Of a DNA stretch of 64,000 bases, positions 1-10,703 are shown piece by piece. Both the position numbers and the translations under genes were made by a program. Each line of letters begins with the position of its first letter. Position 1 is the first letter of the stretch. Source of the DNA: Candidatus Nezhaarchaeales archaeon (GTDB lineage: Archaea; Thermoproteota; Methanomethylicia; Nezhaarchaeales; WYZ-LMO8); contig JAWAKK010000001.1 of assembly GCA_038887515.1 (NCBI GenBank), forward strand, positions 640,001 to 704,000. Direction: 5' to 3'. The notes beneath the pieces were generated by a model. The model was given only the letters and a program-made list of their open reading frames with translations, was not told where the DNA came from and did not search any database.

Positions 1-534
1 CACACCAACTTCGACCCTGGTAACCCCAAGTCTCAGTAGGAACTCAGCTATCTCCTTACTTGCGTAGTCGGGCCTTGTTTCGACAGTCAGACCGACACAC
101 CTACTATAGGCGCCCTCGTTTATCTGATGTGCCTCTTCAATGCTTTTTGACTCGCAAATTGCGCTAGGATACGAGTTAAGAGCGTCAAAGCATTTCCTTA
201 CGAACCATTCCTGATAGCTTTTTGGCAAGGCAGGAAAGGTCCCTCCGATGACTATGAGCTCCACCTTCGATGGTTCATGCCCCATAGATTTGTAAGCTTT
301 AAGTCTTGAAAACACTTGAAGGTAGGGGTCGTAGTTCAGCCTTTGAGCTCTAAGCGCCACGGGACTTAGATCAACATAGCTTTGGGGGGTAATGCTAGAA
401 CCTTTAGGACAATATATGCATCTTCCATGAGGGCACGGAAAGTACTTGGTCATTACGGTTACCACTACTACTCCTGAAATCGACCTTACGGGCTTTTTAG
501 CCTTGACTCCAAGTGATCTATGCCGAGATGTCAT
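1..534 (-). CDS. elp3: Elp3 tRNA wobble-uridine acetyltransferase (radical SAM), partial at window edge
   Basis: Manual minus-strand translation from ATG at 534: MTSRHRSLGVKAKKPVRSISGVVVVTVMTKYFPCPHGRCIYCP...KVELIVIGGTF...TVETRPDY, typical Elp3 motifs. Not in the ORF track because it runs off the window. Confidence 0.9.
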   Translation of the reverse strand, partial: MTSRHRSLGVKAKKPVRSISGVVVVTVMTKYFPCPHGRCIYCPKGSSITPQSYVDLSPVALRAQRLNYDPYLQVFSRLKAYKSMGHEPSKVELIVIGGTFPALPKSYQEWFVRKCFDALNSYPSAICESKSIEEAHQINEGAYSRCVGLTVETRPDYASKEIAEFLLRLGVTRVEVGV

Positions 535-601
535 AGTCTCTACTTGCTTCAGGACAACTCATCTATCGTCACTCTAATAAACTCTAACAGGTTACGCGTT
601 A

Positions 602-1453
602 TTGGAGGTCAATACCGTGATCGAAGTTACAGACAACCATGCACACGCGAACCCACTTAAGGGGCTAGGATTCGTGGAGGTAACAAAAAGATTCATGATG
701 TCTGGTGGAGTTGCTATAGTCTTTGCGCCTTTACCTTCATGGTACTACTCGGTATCGGTAACTTCACCCGAAAGTTACTCTCGCATTTACGATATTGTAA
801 TTAAAGGTGTTCAAGAAGCTTCAGCATATATCAAAACATTAGCTGTCTTGGGGATACATCCTGCAGAGGTAGTTAGGTTAGTTGAAGCTTTCGGGGCCAG
901 AAGGGCCCTTGAGGTAGCCGAAGGAGCTATGAGGAAGGCTGCTCGCTACGTCGCTGAAGGACTCGCGGTAGGTCTCGGAGAGGTAGGCAGACCTCACTAC
1001 GATACTTCTAAGATATCCCTTGAAGTCTGTAACCGTATATTGGATGTTTCACTTGAGCTCGCTAAGGACTTGGATTGCCCAATACACCTCCACCTAGAGA
1101 GGAGGAGCCATGCCGTTAAAGATGTTGTTGCAAGGGTCCGTAAAGTAGGGTTAAAACCTTATCGGGTCGTAATCCATCACGCTGAATCAAAGATTATAGG
1201 AGAAAGCGGGAGGTTGACTCCATCTATACCCCGTAGGGGCAGGAACTTGAGAGAAGCTTTCACTAAGAGAGCTACCTTCTTAGTCGAAAGCGATTTCATA
1301 GATGACCCTAATAGGCCTGGAGTTGTGTCATACCCGTGGGCTATAGCGACTGAGGTATTAGAGATGTTATCAAGTAACCTTGTAAGTAAGGATCATATTA
1401 GAAAGGTCTTCATAGACAGTTTCGAGGAGGTTTATGACATTAAGCTCCATTGA
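602..1453 (+). CDS. TatD-related metal-dependent hydrolase
   Basis: DNHAH, GIHP, GLGEVGRPHY, HLH, HHA and ESDFIDDPNRPG motifs of the archaeal TatD-like family. Confidence 0.8.
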   Translation: MEVNTVIEVTDNHAHANPLKGLGFVEVTKRFMMSGGVAIVFAPLPSWYYSVSVTSPESYSRIYDIVIKGVQEASAYIKTLAVLGIHPAEVVRLVEAFGARRALEVAEGAMRKAARYVAEGLAVGLGEVGRPHYDTSKISLEVCNRILDVSLELAKDLDCPIHLHLERRSHAVKDVVARVRKVGLKPYRVVIHHAESKIIGESGRLTPSIPRRGRNLREAFTKRATFLVESDFIDDPNRPGVVSYPWAIATEVLEMLSSNLVSKDHIRKVFIDSFEEVYDIKLH

Positions 1454-1691
1454 GTACATGTGCTATCTAGCTACCGTCAAAGCCTCCCCGAGGGTCCTTA
1501 ACATAAATATATTATTGAGTTTTGTTCCGCAGAAAGATACGCTCTTAGTTGAAGGCCGAGTTAAGCCGTGGTGGTTTACGATGATACGCGGCGTGAAGAC
1601 TACCTTTATATTGCTATCCCATTAATGCAATAATAGGAGGAAGGTTCTTGAGGAAGGTCTATTTTTATTCGCTGCTTGAGGTTGATGGAAG

Positions 1692-2879
1692 TTGTTAATA
1701 GCGCATTTGAGTGATAACCATTTGGGTTATAGGCAGTACGGGCTATTTGAGAGGGAGAGAGATCTATACGCTTGCTTTGAAGAGGCTGTATCTAAGGCTC
1801 TTGAGGAGCACGTCGACATGGTTATTCATTCGGGAGACTTATTTCATTCCCCCAATCCGCCACCTCAAGCTTACAGATCGGCTCTAAGGGCCCTGAAAGC
1901 GCTCAAGCAACGCGGTGTACCGTTTCTATATGTCATGGGCCAGCACGATAGACCTAAGACCCAAGCATTGGCGCCTACGTTAATTTTTGAGGATATGGAC
2001 CTTTTAATACACGTATCAGAAAAACCTTATGTACGTGGAGATTATGGCGTCATAGGACTAGACTACATGAAGAAACAAGTCTTAAAGGAGAGGTTGCAGT
2101 CACTTAAGCCATTAGCAAAAAAGAGCATTCTCCTAATGCATATTCTTCTCAAAGAGGTTTCACCTTTAGGCGACATATCGATACAGGAGTTACCAAAGGG
2201 ATTTACCTACTATGCTCTAGGCGACTACCACATTTTTAAAGTATTTAATGTGCACGGCTCGATAGCAGCATATCCCGGATCTAGCGAAGTCATATCGTTA
2301 AACGACTTGACTAGCACGGGGAAGGGATTTTGTTTCGTGGACCTGTCAAACGATGAAGTTAAGGTAGAGTTCCAAAAACTCGACAATGTGAGACCTAGGA
2401 TAGTCAGCGAGGTCAAGTTTAGCGATGTTGAAAATTTCGTGACAAAAATGTTATCCCAAGTCGCTGATATGAGACTGAAGCCGCTAATTCATTTAACTAT
2501 TAGGGGCGTTGGCATTAAGAGGAGGAGCCTCGAAAAGGTTAAGGAAGAGCTATCAAAGGTCAGCTTAAGGACCTTCATATCAATAGAGGAGGAAGGCGTT
2601 GAGCTACCTTCAATATCTAAGGCTTCATTCAGCGGGGTTGAAGAAGTGATACACTCATTATTTCCTGGGATAAGCGATGAGATCATAGAGCTCTACAGAG
2701 CTTACAAGCTTGGGACCCTTCATAATGAGCTTGAAAGGTTGCTAAAAACTGAAAAGTGGCTGAAGCTCGTTCCTCAGCAATTCAAAGCGGAAGATGCGTC
2801 AAAAACCGTTGATCATTCGATTAAAGTCAGGGATTCAACGATTCTAGGGTGGCTTAGGCATGATAGTAGAAAGACTTGA
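1692..2879 (+). CDS. mre11: DNA double-strand break repair nuclease Mre11
   Basis: Phosphoesterase motifs SDNHLG, GDLFH, GQHD, GDYH and YPGS; lies directly upstream of rad50. Confidence 0.93.
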   Translation: MLIAHLSDNHLGYRQYGLFERERDLYACFEEAVSKALEEHVDMVIHSGDLFHSPNPPPQAYRSALRALKALKQRGVPFLYVMGQHDRPKTQALAPTLIFEDMDLLIHVSEKPYVRGDYGVIGLDYMKKQVLKERLQSLKPLAKKSILLMHILLKEVSPLGDISIQELPKGFTYYALGDYHIFKVFNVHGSIAAYPGSSEVISLNDLTSTGKGFCFVDLSNDEVKVEFQKLDNVRPRIVSEVKFSDVENFVTKMLSQVADMRLKPLIHLTIRGVGIKRRSLEKVKEELSKVSLRTFISIEEEGVELPSISKASFSGVEEVIHSLFPGISDEIIELYRAYKLGTLHNELERLLKTEKWLKLVPQQFKAEDASKTVDHSIKVRDSTILGWLRHDSRKT

Positions 2880-5226
2880 GTTAACGGACTTCCTTTCTCA
2901 TAGAAACTCTGTGATAACGTTTAGTAAAGGGTTAACGGCGATCATTGGACCCAATGGTGCAGGTAAGTCGTCCATGATAGAAGGCATAGTCTTCTCGTTA
3001 TTCCAAGATAGTTTTAGAGCGATACGAGGAGGAACTAAGGAGTCCCTCAAAAGGATAGGTGCTAAGTCAGCTTCGGTTAAGCTAGTATTCAATGTTGCCG
3101 GGAGGAGGTTCAGGGTTGAAAGGTTCATCGAGAAAGGTTCTGTAGATAGGCTTTACGAAGATGATAGGCTTGTAGCAATTCAAACGTCATACGTAGACAA
3201 AAAGATACTCGAAGTGCTCGGTATTCCTAGAAAGGAGGCTTACCTGAACACCATCGTAGTAAGGCAGGGAGAACTCGAAAAAATACTTGAAAGCTTCACG
3301 ACAGCTAGCGGTAGAGAAGAGCTTATGAGAGCACTAGGTTTTAAAGAGCTTGACGACATAGCTGAAGCCCTTAAGGAGGAGCGTAACGAGTTTGAGAAAG
3401 AGTATATGAGGTTATTAGGTGAAGCTGCGCAACTGGAAAATCTAAAGAGACAATTAGAATATTCTCAGAAAGAACTGCAGAGATTTGAAAACGAGAGAAA
3501 TAGGATATTAGAGAACTTGAACGCCCTTGAAAAGGGCCTGTCCTATATAGAGAAGGCGTTAGCGGAAGTTCCTGAAAGTATAGAACAAGAGCTAAACTCG
3601 ATAACGGCAGAGTACTATAGAGTAAAGAGCGAGCTTGAGAGCTTAATTAAAGAGATCAAAAGACTCAACGAGGAGCTCGAGAGCTTAAAAACATTAAAAA
3701 AAGATGTAAGCGCTCTGCTTTCAACATTAAAATTAAAGGAAGGAATACACCGCTTACAAGACAAGCTAGAAAGAGCGGCCTTAGCTTACTTGAAGCTTGA
3801 AGAAGTTAAATCTGCGTTACATAAGTTCGAAGAGAAGTTGATGTACAAAATAAAGATCTTATCGCAAACCTTGCAGTGTCCTCCTGAATTGGACTCTATT
3901 ATCGAAGCTTACAACAAAATAAAAACTGAGGTTGAAACGAAGGAGAGGTTAATCGATAGCCTCAAAGCGAATATAGAGGAGAAGAGAGCAATGCTAAGTA
4001 GCCTCGAAAAGAGCGGGGATGAGTGTCCTTTATGCGGTACTAAATTGACAAATGAAGCTAGGCTTAAAGTTCTGGAGAAGATAGAGACTGAACTTAGTAG
4101 GGCATCTTCAGAGCTTGACGAATTGCTCAAGTCCTTAGAGCAAAGGAAAAAGACGCTCAGCATCTTAGAAAGACTAAATGTGGCTGGAATAGTCGATGAA
4201 GCTGCAGCTTTAAATGAGGAGAGGAGAAGGTATGATGAAGAAGAGAAGGCTTATCTCGAATTTATCAGAGATGTTAACAAGATATTGGAAGGGATATTGA
4301 GTAGCGAGATAAGCGGTGAAGTTGTCATTAAGCTTAAGGAGCTCTTAGGGCTTATTGAGACACCGATAGAAGCTATAAAATTAATGCGTCAAATCTCTGA
4401 TTTCGCAAGTAGGGCCGAAGGTAAGTTAGAAGAGCTCGAAAGGATTTCTATGGAAGAGAGCCAAATGAGGTCTGAATTAGAGAGACTTCTTAATCGTAAA
4501 GAAGAGTTAAATGCACGAGCTATTACTTTAGAAAGGCGCATCGAAGAGCTTAGGAAGAATCTTGAAGTTCGAAGGAAATTAACTGAAGAAAGTAATAGGA
4601 TTAAAACTCAAATAGCTGAACAGAGGGGTAGGCTTCTAGGCGTTGAAGAAAGCATTAGTGGTTATAGGAAGCGGCTTGAAGAGCTCAAAGAGCTTTGTAG
4701 CAAAGCTGAAAACGCAGAGCGCGAAGCTTCTAAAGTCAGGAGCTTCATAGACTTCATAGACCTCCTGAGAGTCAAGGTCTTTGGAAAGGATGGACTCATA
4801 GCTAAAAGTCTTAGGAGAATGTATAGGACGAAGCTTGAAAGCGAAGTCAATAACTACTTATCGAGGTTCGGTATGGACTTCGAAATAGAGTTCGACGAAG
4901 ACTTGAAGCTTAAGGTCTTATCGAGAGGTGAAGAATTAAGCGTAGATAGCTTAAGCGGAGGTGAGAAGGCCGTCCTCGCACTTTCAGCTCGCTTAGCTCT
5001 AGCAAAGGCCCTTAGCAGCAAAGAAGTTGAGATCTTAATATTGGATGAGCCCACGGCGAACTTAGACGCAGATAGAAGAAGGGAGCTAGTGAGGGTTTTA
5101 AGAGACTTAGCTGAGGAAATACCTCAAGTTATCGTAGTAACCCATGACCATGAAGTAGCCGAAGCGGCTGATCGAGTCTACAAGGTGAGGAAAGATGGCG
5201 GGATGTCGGTAGTGGAGGAGTATTGA
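2860..5226 (+). CDS. rad50: Rad50 ATPase
   Basis: Walker A GPNGAGKS, coiled coil, zinc hook CPLCG, signature LSGGE, Walker B ILILDEPT. Confidence 0.95.
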   Translation: MIVERLELTDFLSHRNSVITFSKGLTAIIGPNGAGKSSMIEGIVFSLFQDSFRAIRGGTKESLKRIGAKSASVKLVFNVAGRRFRVERFIEKGSVDRLYEDDRLVAIQTSYVDKKILEVLGIPRKEAYLNTIVVRQGELEKILESFTTASGREELMRALGFKELDDIAEALKEERNEFEKEYMRLLGEAAQLENLKRQLEYSQKELQRFENERNRILENLNALEKGLSYIEKALAEVPESIEQELNSITAEYYRVKSELESLIKEIKRLNEELESLKTLKKDVSALLSTLKLKEGIHRLQDKLERAALAYLKLEEVKSALHKFEEKLMYKIKILSQTLQCPPELDSIIEAYNKIKTEVETKERLIDSLKANIEEKRAMLSSLEKSGDECPLCGTKLTNEARLKVLEKIETELSRASSELDELLKSLEQRKKTLSILERLNVAGIVDEAAALNEERRRYDEEEKAYLEFIRDVNKILEGILSSEISGEVVIKLKELLGLIETPIEAIKLMRQISDFASRAEGKLEELERISMEESQMRSELERLLNRKEELNARAITLERRIEELRKNLEVRRKLTEESNRIKTQIAEQRGRLLGVEESISGYRKRLEELKELCSKAENAEREASKVRSFIDFIDLLRVKVFGKDGLIAKSLRRMYRTKLESEVNNYLSRFGMDFEIEFDEDLKLKVLSRGEELSVDSLSGGEKAVLALSARLALAKALSSKEVEILILDEPTANLDADRRRELVRVLRDLAEEIPQVIVVTHDHEVAEAADRVYKVRKDGGMSVVEEY

Positions 5227-6173
5227 TGTCGGTATGGGAAGAGGACATTAAGGAAGTTCAGAGAGCTTTAGAGAAGTTCAGGAAGGTTGAGAAAAGAAAA
5301 GAGGAGTTAAAGAAGGCGTTGGAGTACTGGATCAAGGTAGAGGACTTAGGCCATAGCGATAATTGTGAAGTTGTAGGGGTCGATGGAAGTTTCTTGGTAA
5401 GACCACTCATATTCTCAACATTCTACTTAGCTAGGGCCATAGCCATAGCCCCTTCACTTGGAGGCTTCAGAGTATCTAGGTCTGATATTCTCAAAACAAC
5501 CAATGACAATTACGCAAGACAGCACGCGGAGGCCGTGATGGCTCTTTTAGAGGTTGAAACTGCAACAAGAGCTCTGCTAGAGTTAAATAAGCACGGCAGA
5601 GAAGCCACGTTACTTTTCGACGGAAGCGTCTCCTCGCTAATACTGCACCGAGTGGTCTTACACAGGAGTCCCATATACCCTAACATTGCAGACAGCATCT
5701 CCAGAGGGCTATCCTTTCTGGTCAACGAAAGGAACGTAGTCTTTGTAGCTAAGAGGAGCAGTAACTCCATTTATGGTGAAGGACGCCTACCGGACATGAT
5801 GCTATTTAGCTCGATGCCTAAGGGTTATAGTGTACCGAAGACTGTGAAAATATCAGAGCTCTACAACATACCTGAGACAGAGCTCGACGACTTACCCCTT
5901 AGCTCTAAGCTCAAGGTCTTAACATTATCCTACGTTAAGTTGTCGGACGACGGGCCCTTATTGAAGATAGAAATCCCCGGAATAGTTTCTGAGGACGAGG
6001 TACGTGACGTGATAGCTAAGTTAAGTGACGTGTCGCCATCTGGCTACCCTGTACCTCTCCTCGTCGCTCATAGTAGCGCAAAGATAAGAGGTATAACGTT
6101 GAGGAAGGCCTTATCGCTCGTAGGTATTAGGCTTCCGACAGGAAGGGAGGCTTTGAGGGAGGCTTTTGCGTGA
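5223..6173 (+). CDS. nurA: NurA 5'-3' nuclease
   Basis: GVDGS, LFDGS, VAKRS and GYPVPLLVAH motifs; sits between rad50 and herA. Confidence 0.9.
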   Translation: MMSVWEEDIKEVQRALEKFRKVEKRKEELKKALEYWIKVEDLGHSDNCEVVGVDGSFLVRPLIFSTFYLARAIAIAPSLGGFRVSRSDILKTTNDNYARQHAEAVMALLEVETATRALLELNKHGREATLLFDGSVSSLILHRVVLHRSPIYPNIADSISRGLSFLVNERNVVFVAKRSSNSIYGEGRLPDMMLFSSMPKGYSVPKTVKISELYNIPETELDDLPLSSKLKVLTLSYVKLSDDGPLLKIEIPGIVSEDEVRDVIAKLSDVSPSGYPVPLLVAHSSAKIRGITLRKALSLVGIRLPTGREALREAFA

Positions 6174-7798
6174 ACGTGAGAGAAATAGGTCTAGTTGCAA
6201 AGTCAACTCCTACGAACGTGTATATAATTGCTTACGAGGCACCTCAAATCGCCAGCTACCTTTACTCTGAAGCCAACAATATGAAGGTAGTTATGGTAGT
6301 AACGGACGTAGAAGCAACGGATGAAGCCTTCAGTAGAGTTTTTGATTCTAAGGAAGCTGAAATTATGGCCAAGTACGTCAAAGCAAGTGGTGCATTGAAA
6401 ATAGTAGTAAAGGCTTCACCTGTCGTAGACCTCATAGCAAAGCGGAGACCCCAATTTCCAATACCTCCTCGCACACCGGTACGTGTAGCTTCCAAGGAAG
6501 TACTTGAAGAGGCGTTCTCGGTGTGCTATGGAGCCTTCACAGAGCTTTACTCTGATTCGCCTTTATCCAGTTGGGTGAGAATAGGAATATTGAGGTCTCA
6601 TGAAGATGTGGAGGTCAGGGTTAATGTCGATGCCGTATTGTCGAAGCACCTAGCGGTTCTCGGAAGCACCGGTAGCGGGAAGAGTAATCTAGTCGCTCTC
6701 TTAGTAGATAAGATAGCGAGCCTTGGAGGCCAAGTAATCATAATTGATAGCCATGGAGAGTATTCAGACCTGAATACATCCTCTAAAGGTGTTAAGCTTG
6801 TACACTTTGAGGCTAAGGTAAACCCACTTAAAATTAGCCCCCTTGTCCTTTCGTCGACGTTAATACCTGAGGCTACAGCTACAAAGCAAAGGAATATCCT
6901 TAGAAAAGCGATTAGAGAACTTAACGCCCTATACTCTAAGGCTGGAAGCGATAGAGCAGAAGTTGAGAAGAGGATAGAAGACCTAATTCAGAGAGCAAAC
7001 AATGAGCTTGATGTCGAAGTTGAAGATACTAGCGGTAGGCGATACCTTAAAGCTCTGTACGCGATCATCATGAGTTTAAGAACGAAAGCTGCATCGAGCA
7101 GGCGGGAACAAGAAGTCTTTGATGGTATACTCTTGAAGTTGGAGAAGAATATTGTTGAATACGATATATATAGTACAGATGTGGTCGATCCCGTGGACTT
7201 GCTAGAACCAGGAACCATAGTTGACGTTGATGTATCTCTCTTACCTGATGCCGCTCGAGATGAAGTCGTGTCTTATATATGTAAACAAGTATTGCAGAGG
7301 GCCACGATTGGAAAACTTTTGCCGACGCTTATAGTGGTGGAGGAAGCTCACTTGTACTTGAAGAGCGAGTCTGGAGGCGCAGCTAAGCAAGCTATAGAGA
7401 GGATAGCGAGAGAGGGCAGGAAGTATGGCATCGGCTTAATCATAGTCTCTCAAAGACCTAAGGGTATAGATCCTAACGTCTTAAGTCAGATGAATAGCTT
7501 GTGCGTCTTAAAGATAATGCAACCTGAAGATCAAGCATACGTTAAACAGTATAGCGAGTGGTTAACTAATGAAATGCTTGCTGCATTACCAACACTGGAG
7601 AGAGGAGAGGCCATACTACTTGGCGAGTGGGTTAGGATGCCTGTGGCCGTAAAAATAGACAAACATGAAGGCAAAAAGAGGGGTACAACTATAAGTTCCG
7701 TTAAAAGATGGGTTGAAGCAAGGAAAATGAAGTATCAGAAGACAAGAGAGGAGCTGGAAGAGGAAGAGATGATCAAAAGGGCTAAGGAAATATTCTAG
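6170..7798 (+). CDS. herA: HerA helicase/translocase
   Basis: N-terminal HAS barrel, HLAVLGSTGSGKS, DSHGEY, EEAH, IAREGRKYG and SQRP motifs. Confidence 0.93.
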   Translation: MNVREIGLVAKSTPTNVYIIAYEAPQIASYLYSEANNMKVVMVVTDVEATDEAFSRVFDSKEAEIMAKYVKASGALKIVVKASPVVDLIAKRRPQFPIPPRTPVRVASKEVLEEAFSVCYGAFTELYSDSPLSSWVRIGILRSHEDVEVRVNVDAVLSKHLAVLGSTGSGKSNLVALLVDKIASLGGQVIIIDSHGEYSDLNTSSKGVKLVHFEAKVNPLKISPLVLSSTLIPEATATKQRNILRKAIRELNALYSKAGSDRAEVEKRIEDLIQRANNELDVEVEDTSGRRYLKALYAIIMSLRTKAASSRREQEVFDGILLKLEKNIVEYDIYSTDVVDPVDLLEPGTIVDVDVSLLPDAARDEVVSYICKQVLQRATIGKLLPTLIVVEEAHLYLKSESGGAAKQAIERIAREGRKYGIGLIIVSQRPKGIDPNVLSQMNSLCVLKIMQPEDQAYVKQYSEWLTNEMLAALPTLERGEAILLGEWVRMPVAVKIDKHEGKKRGTTISSVKRWVEARKMKYQKTREELEEEEMIKRAKEIF

Positions 7799-9237
7799 TT
7801 TCTATAGACCCTTTTGACAATAGCCTCCGAATTATCAAGGCTCCTCCACAAGATCGTGAACCCATGTTTCTTCAAAATCTTATGGGCCTCTCGAATATCT
7901 TGAATACCGAATTTCCTTAAAACCTCAAGCACATTCTTTAATGGCTCTTCTTCTATTCTTAGAAGGAAGGATCGAAGATTTTCTTCGTCGACTTGTTGTG
8001 ATTCACCTTCTTTGCGCGGCATAATGGTTTGCTTCTCCAACTCTCTTAGCACTGGGGCTATGTCAGACAGTTTCAACTTTTCCTCGAAGAATAGAAGCTT
8101 AACATTTGGAGATTCCTTCAATGCGAAAACCATTTCTTTGGTGCATAAAAGGGCTTTATTTAATGCAACTATGATCGGAACCCTTACGGCACTTATTTTT
8201 CTAAGCTTCTTTTCAATATAACTCGGTGTCCAGAAGCCCACTATTTCTAGGAAAACCTTTAAGTCGCCTTTAGTCAACGCGAAATCCGGTATCAATATTG
8301 TTTCCCCCATAACTATGGGTTCTGGCTCTCTATGTATGTCCCAACCCATGTTGAATGCCTTGAACCTCAATATAAAGTCCTCCTCCAACATGCTGTCGAA
8401 CCCCTCTTCTATTGGTGGTTTGCTTGGTAGTAAGCCGCTATAGCGCTCATCGATCTCTAGGATGCAATGCTTGTTAGCGTGAAGTACTTCAGCCTTTATC
8501 CTCCAAGTCTTTAAGTGAAGGACTACGGGTAGCACTTTAGCCATCCTGGTGCCATACCTTCTAGTTTTAGTGAGTATAGATACGGGACCATCTATGTAGA
8601 TTTTTAATAATCCATCATCCTTTTCAACTGCGTACATAAGGCCAAGTAGTTTCACCGTCCTGAGTACGCTTCTTACCTCTGTTCCAGTCATGTTGGCTAT
8701 GATCGACATAGACGTGGCCTTAAACAACAACGTTTGAAGTAAGGACAAGTTGTATTGTTTTAAGAGATCTAAGGGGTTAGGTGCGTCAAAGCCCGTTATT
8801 AACTCAGAGCCCTCGTAGCTAGCTTCAAAGGCTTCGACCAGCTCCTCCATCGTCACTCCAAGTCTACGGGCAGCTTCACATAGAATTTCGTTCTTAGCCT
8901 GTTCTGTAACGGCAAACCCTTTCTCCGATGATATTGAGAAGACAGTTCTCCTAGCCACGTCAGGTGGTGCCTTAGTCTTCAGCTTTTCAGTCCTTATTCG
9001 CCTATTTAGAAGTTCTATAAGCCCTCTTATGAACTTAGGATGGTAGCCCATGTCTTCAAGTTGACTTTCAACTTCGTCTAGAGAATTCTCCAGTTCTTCT
9101 AGCCTCTTCCCTACATGTTCGTTGTATACTTCAATTAAGAGCGAGGCAGCAAACTCGTTTTCATACGTCAGTTGAACAAATCTTGGAAGAATCTTATTGC
9201 CCTTCCTCTTAACTCTAAGCAAAGTAGAGGGTAACAT
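7795..9237 (-). CDS. bax1: Bax1 endonuclease (DUF790 family)
   Basis: MLPSTLL start, YNLSLLQTLLF, FDSMLEEDF, REPEP, IPDF and EIVGFWT motifs; coupled to xpb. Confidence 0.88.
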   Translation of the reverse strand: MLPSTLLRVKRKGNKILPRFVQLTYENEFAASLLIEVYNEHVGKRLEELENSLDEVESQLEDMGYHPKFIRGLIELLNRRIRTEKLKTKAPPDVARRTVFSISSEKGFAVTEQAKNEILCEAARRLGVTMEELVEAFEASYEGSELITGFDAPNPLDLLKQYNLSLLQTLLFKATSMSIIANMTGTEVRSVLRTVKLLGLMYAVEKDDGLLKIYIDGPVSILTKTRRYGTRMAKVLPVVLHLKTWRIKAEVLHANKHCILEIDERYSGLLPSKPPIEEGFDSMLEEDFILRFKAFNMGWDIHREPEPIVMGETILIPDFALTKGDLKVFLEIVGFWTPSYIEKKLRKISAVRVPIIVALNKALLCTKEMVFALKESPNVKLLFFEEKLKLSDIAPVLRELEKQTIMPRKEGESQQVDEENLRSFLLRIEEEPLKNVLEVLRKFGIQDIREAHKILKKHGFTILWRSLDNSEAIVKRVYRN

Positions 9238-10631
9238 TAGCCTCCTACCAGCCCTTTACGTCTCTTCCTCGATATTGCTACTTCAGGAGTACCCTTAACT
9301 ACCACCTCGTAGAGGATTGCCTTCTTACCGGGTATCGGTCTCAGTATTCTTCCAAGCCTTTGAACGAAAGATCTTCTGCTCGCCGTCCCGCTTAGAACTA
9401 TGGCCACGTTCGCGTCAGGGACATCCACGCCTTCTTCGAGAACCCTACTAGTTACCACGGCTTTGTAAGTACCCTTCTTAAAGAGTTCCATTACTGTAGC
9501 CCTCTCTTTAGGGTTCGTCTTATAAGTTATTTCGGGTATTAATAGCATCTTAGATATCTTCCTGACCATATCGTTAAGCTCCGTAAATATTAGTACCTTA
9601 TCGTTTTGATGTTTCTTAAGGAGGTCCTTCAATATATCGAGCTTGGAAATGGAATTAAGAATCAATAATCGAGCATCACGCCACGCTATTAAAGCTCTCC
9701 TAGCTTCACGACTCAGACCGCTCACCATTATAAAGCGCCTAAAGTCTTGGAGAGACCTTAACTTCCACCTCTTTTTCTCTAAGAAGTCCTTGTACGTGAA
9801 GTACAGGTTTTTAAACTTCCTCTTCTCTTCATCGCTAAGCTCTACATATATCCTAATTAGATCAAAGTCTGCTAAATGCTTGCTCTTCATTTCGTATACG
9901 CTTTTCCTATACACTATGTCGCCAACGAGGTCTAATAGGTCTACGTGCTTACCATCCTCTCTTTCCGGGGTTGCTGTGAGACCAAGCCTATACGGAGCTG
10001 CGCTTAGAAGAGCTATTTGCCTAAAGTTCTCGCTAGGTAAGTGATGAACTTCATCGAATACTATGAGCTTAAACTTATTCCCAAGCTCTTCAGCGTTGAT
10101 ATAGGCCGAGCTATAAGTCGAGACCGTCACAAAAGCTAATTCCTTAGACCCTCCGCCTACGACGCCCACGTGGACGTTAAGGGCCCTTGAAAGCTCAAGC
10201 CTCCATTGCTCAAGGAGTTCTAAGGTTGGCACGACTACAAGTGTAGGCTCGTTGAGGAGAGCTATTATCTTGATAGCAATAATGGTCTTACCTGTCCCGG
10301 TCGGTAACACTATTACTCCTCTCTTACCAGCTTTAAACCATGCTTCTACAGCCTCCTCTTGATAGTCTCTTAAAGGCTTTATGGATATTGTTCCAATAGA
10401 GCCCTTAATGGGGGACAACACGTAATCCTCCACTTTGATGCCCAGCAACTCAAGGGATCTCTTAACTTCAAGATACTTGTAGGCTAGTGCTCGTAGACAT
10501 TTGACTTTTGGGTCCCACTTCAACGGTGGAATCTCGTGAGTCAAGCCTTTAACTACTATAGTTCCGCTATGGTATTCCAGCCTTATGGACTCGGTACCCG
10601 CGATTTTCTCGGCGTTGGATGCGACCAACAT
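9237..10631 (-). CDS. xpb: XPB/Rad25 DNA repair helicase
   Basis: LRDYQEEA, PTGTGKT, DEVHH, GLTAT and QRLGRILR motifs. Confidence 0.93.
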   Translation of the reverse strand: MLVASNAEKIAGTESIRLEYHSGTIVVKGLTHEIPPLKWDPKVKCLRALAYKYLEVKRSLELLGIKVEDYVLSPIKGSIGTISIKPLRDYQEEAVEAWFKAGKRGVIVLPTGTGKTIIAIKIIALLNEPTLVVVPTLELLEQWRLELSRALNVHVGVVGGGSKELAFVTVSTYSSAYINAEELGNKFKLIVFDEVHHLPSENFRQIALLSAAPYRLGLTATPEREDGKHVDLLDLVGDIVYRKSVYEMKSKHLADFDLIRIYVELSDEEKRKFKNLYFTYKDFLEKKRWKLRSLQDFRRFIMVSGLSREARRALIAWRDARLLILNSISKLDILKDLLKKHQNDKVLIFTELNDMVRKISKMLLIPEITYKTNPKERATVMELFKKGTYKAVVTSRVLEEGVDVPDANVAIVLSGTASRRSFVQRLGRILRPIPGKKAILYEVVVKGTPEVAISRKRRKGLVGG

Positions 10632-10703
10632 TCTCCTTTTTCTATAGATAATTCCTTATGGCTAAAAGCTTTCTCAATATTTTGCACCGGCACCTACATC
10701 TCG

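Noticed and set aside
6170-7798. HerA as an anti-phage defence system
   Set aside because: It sits in the canonical mre11-rad50-nurA housekeeping operon.
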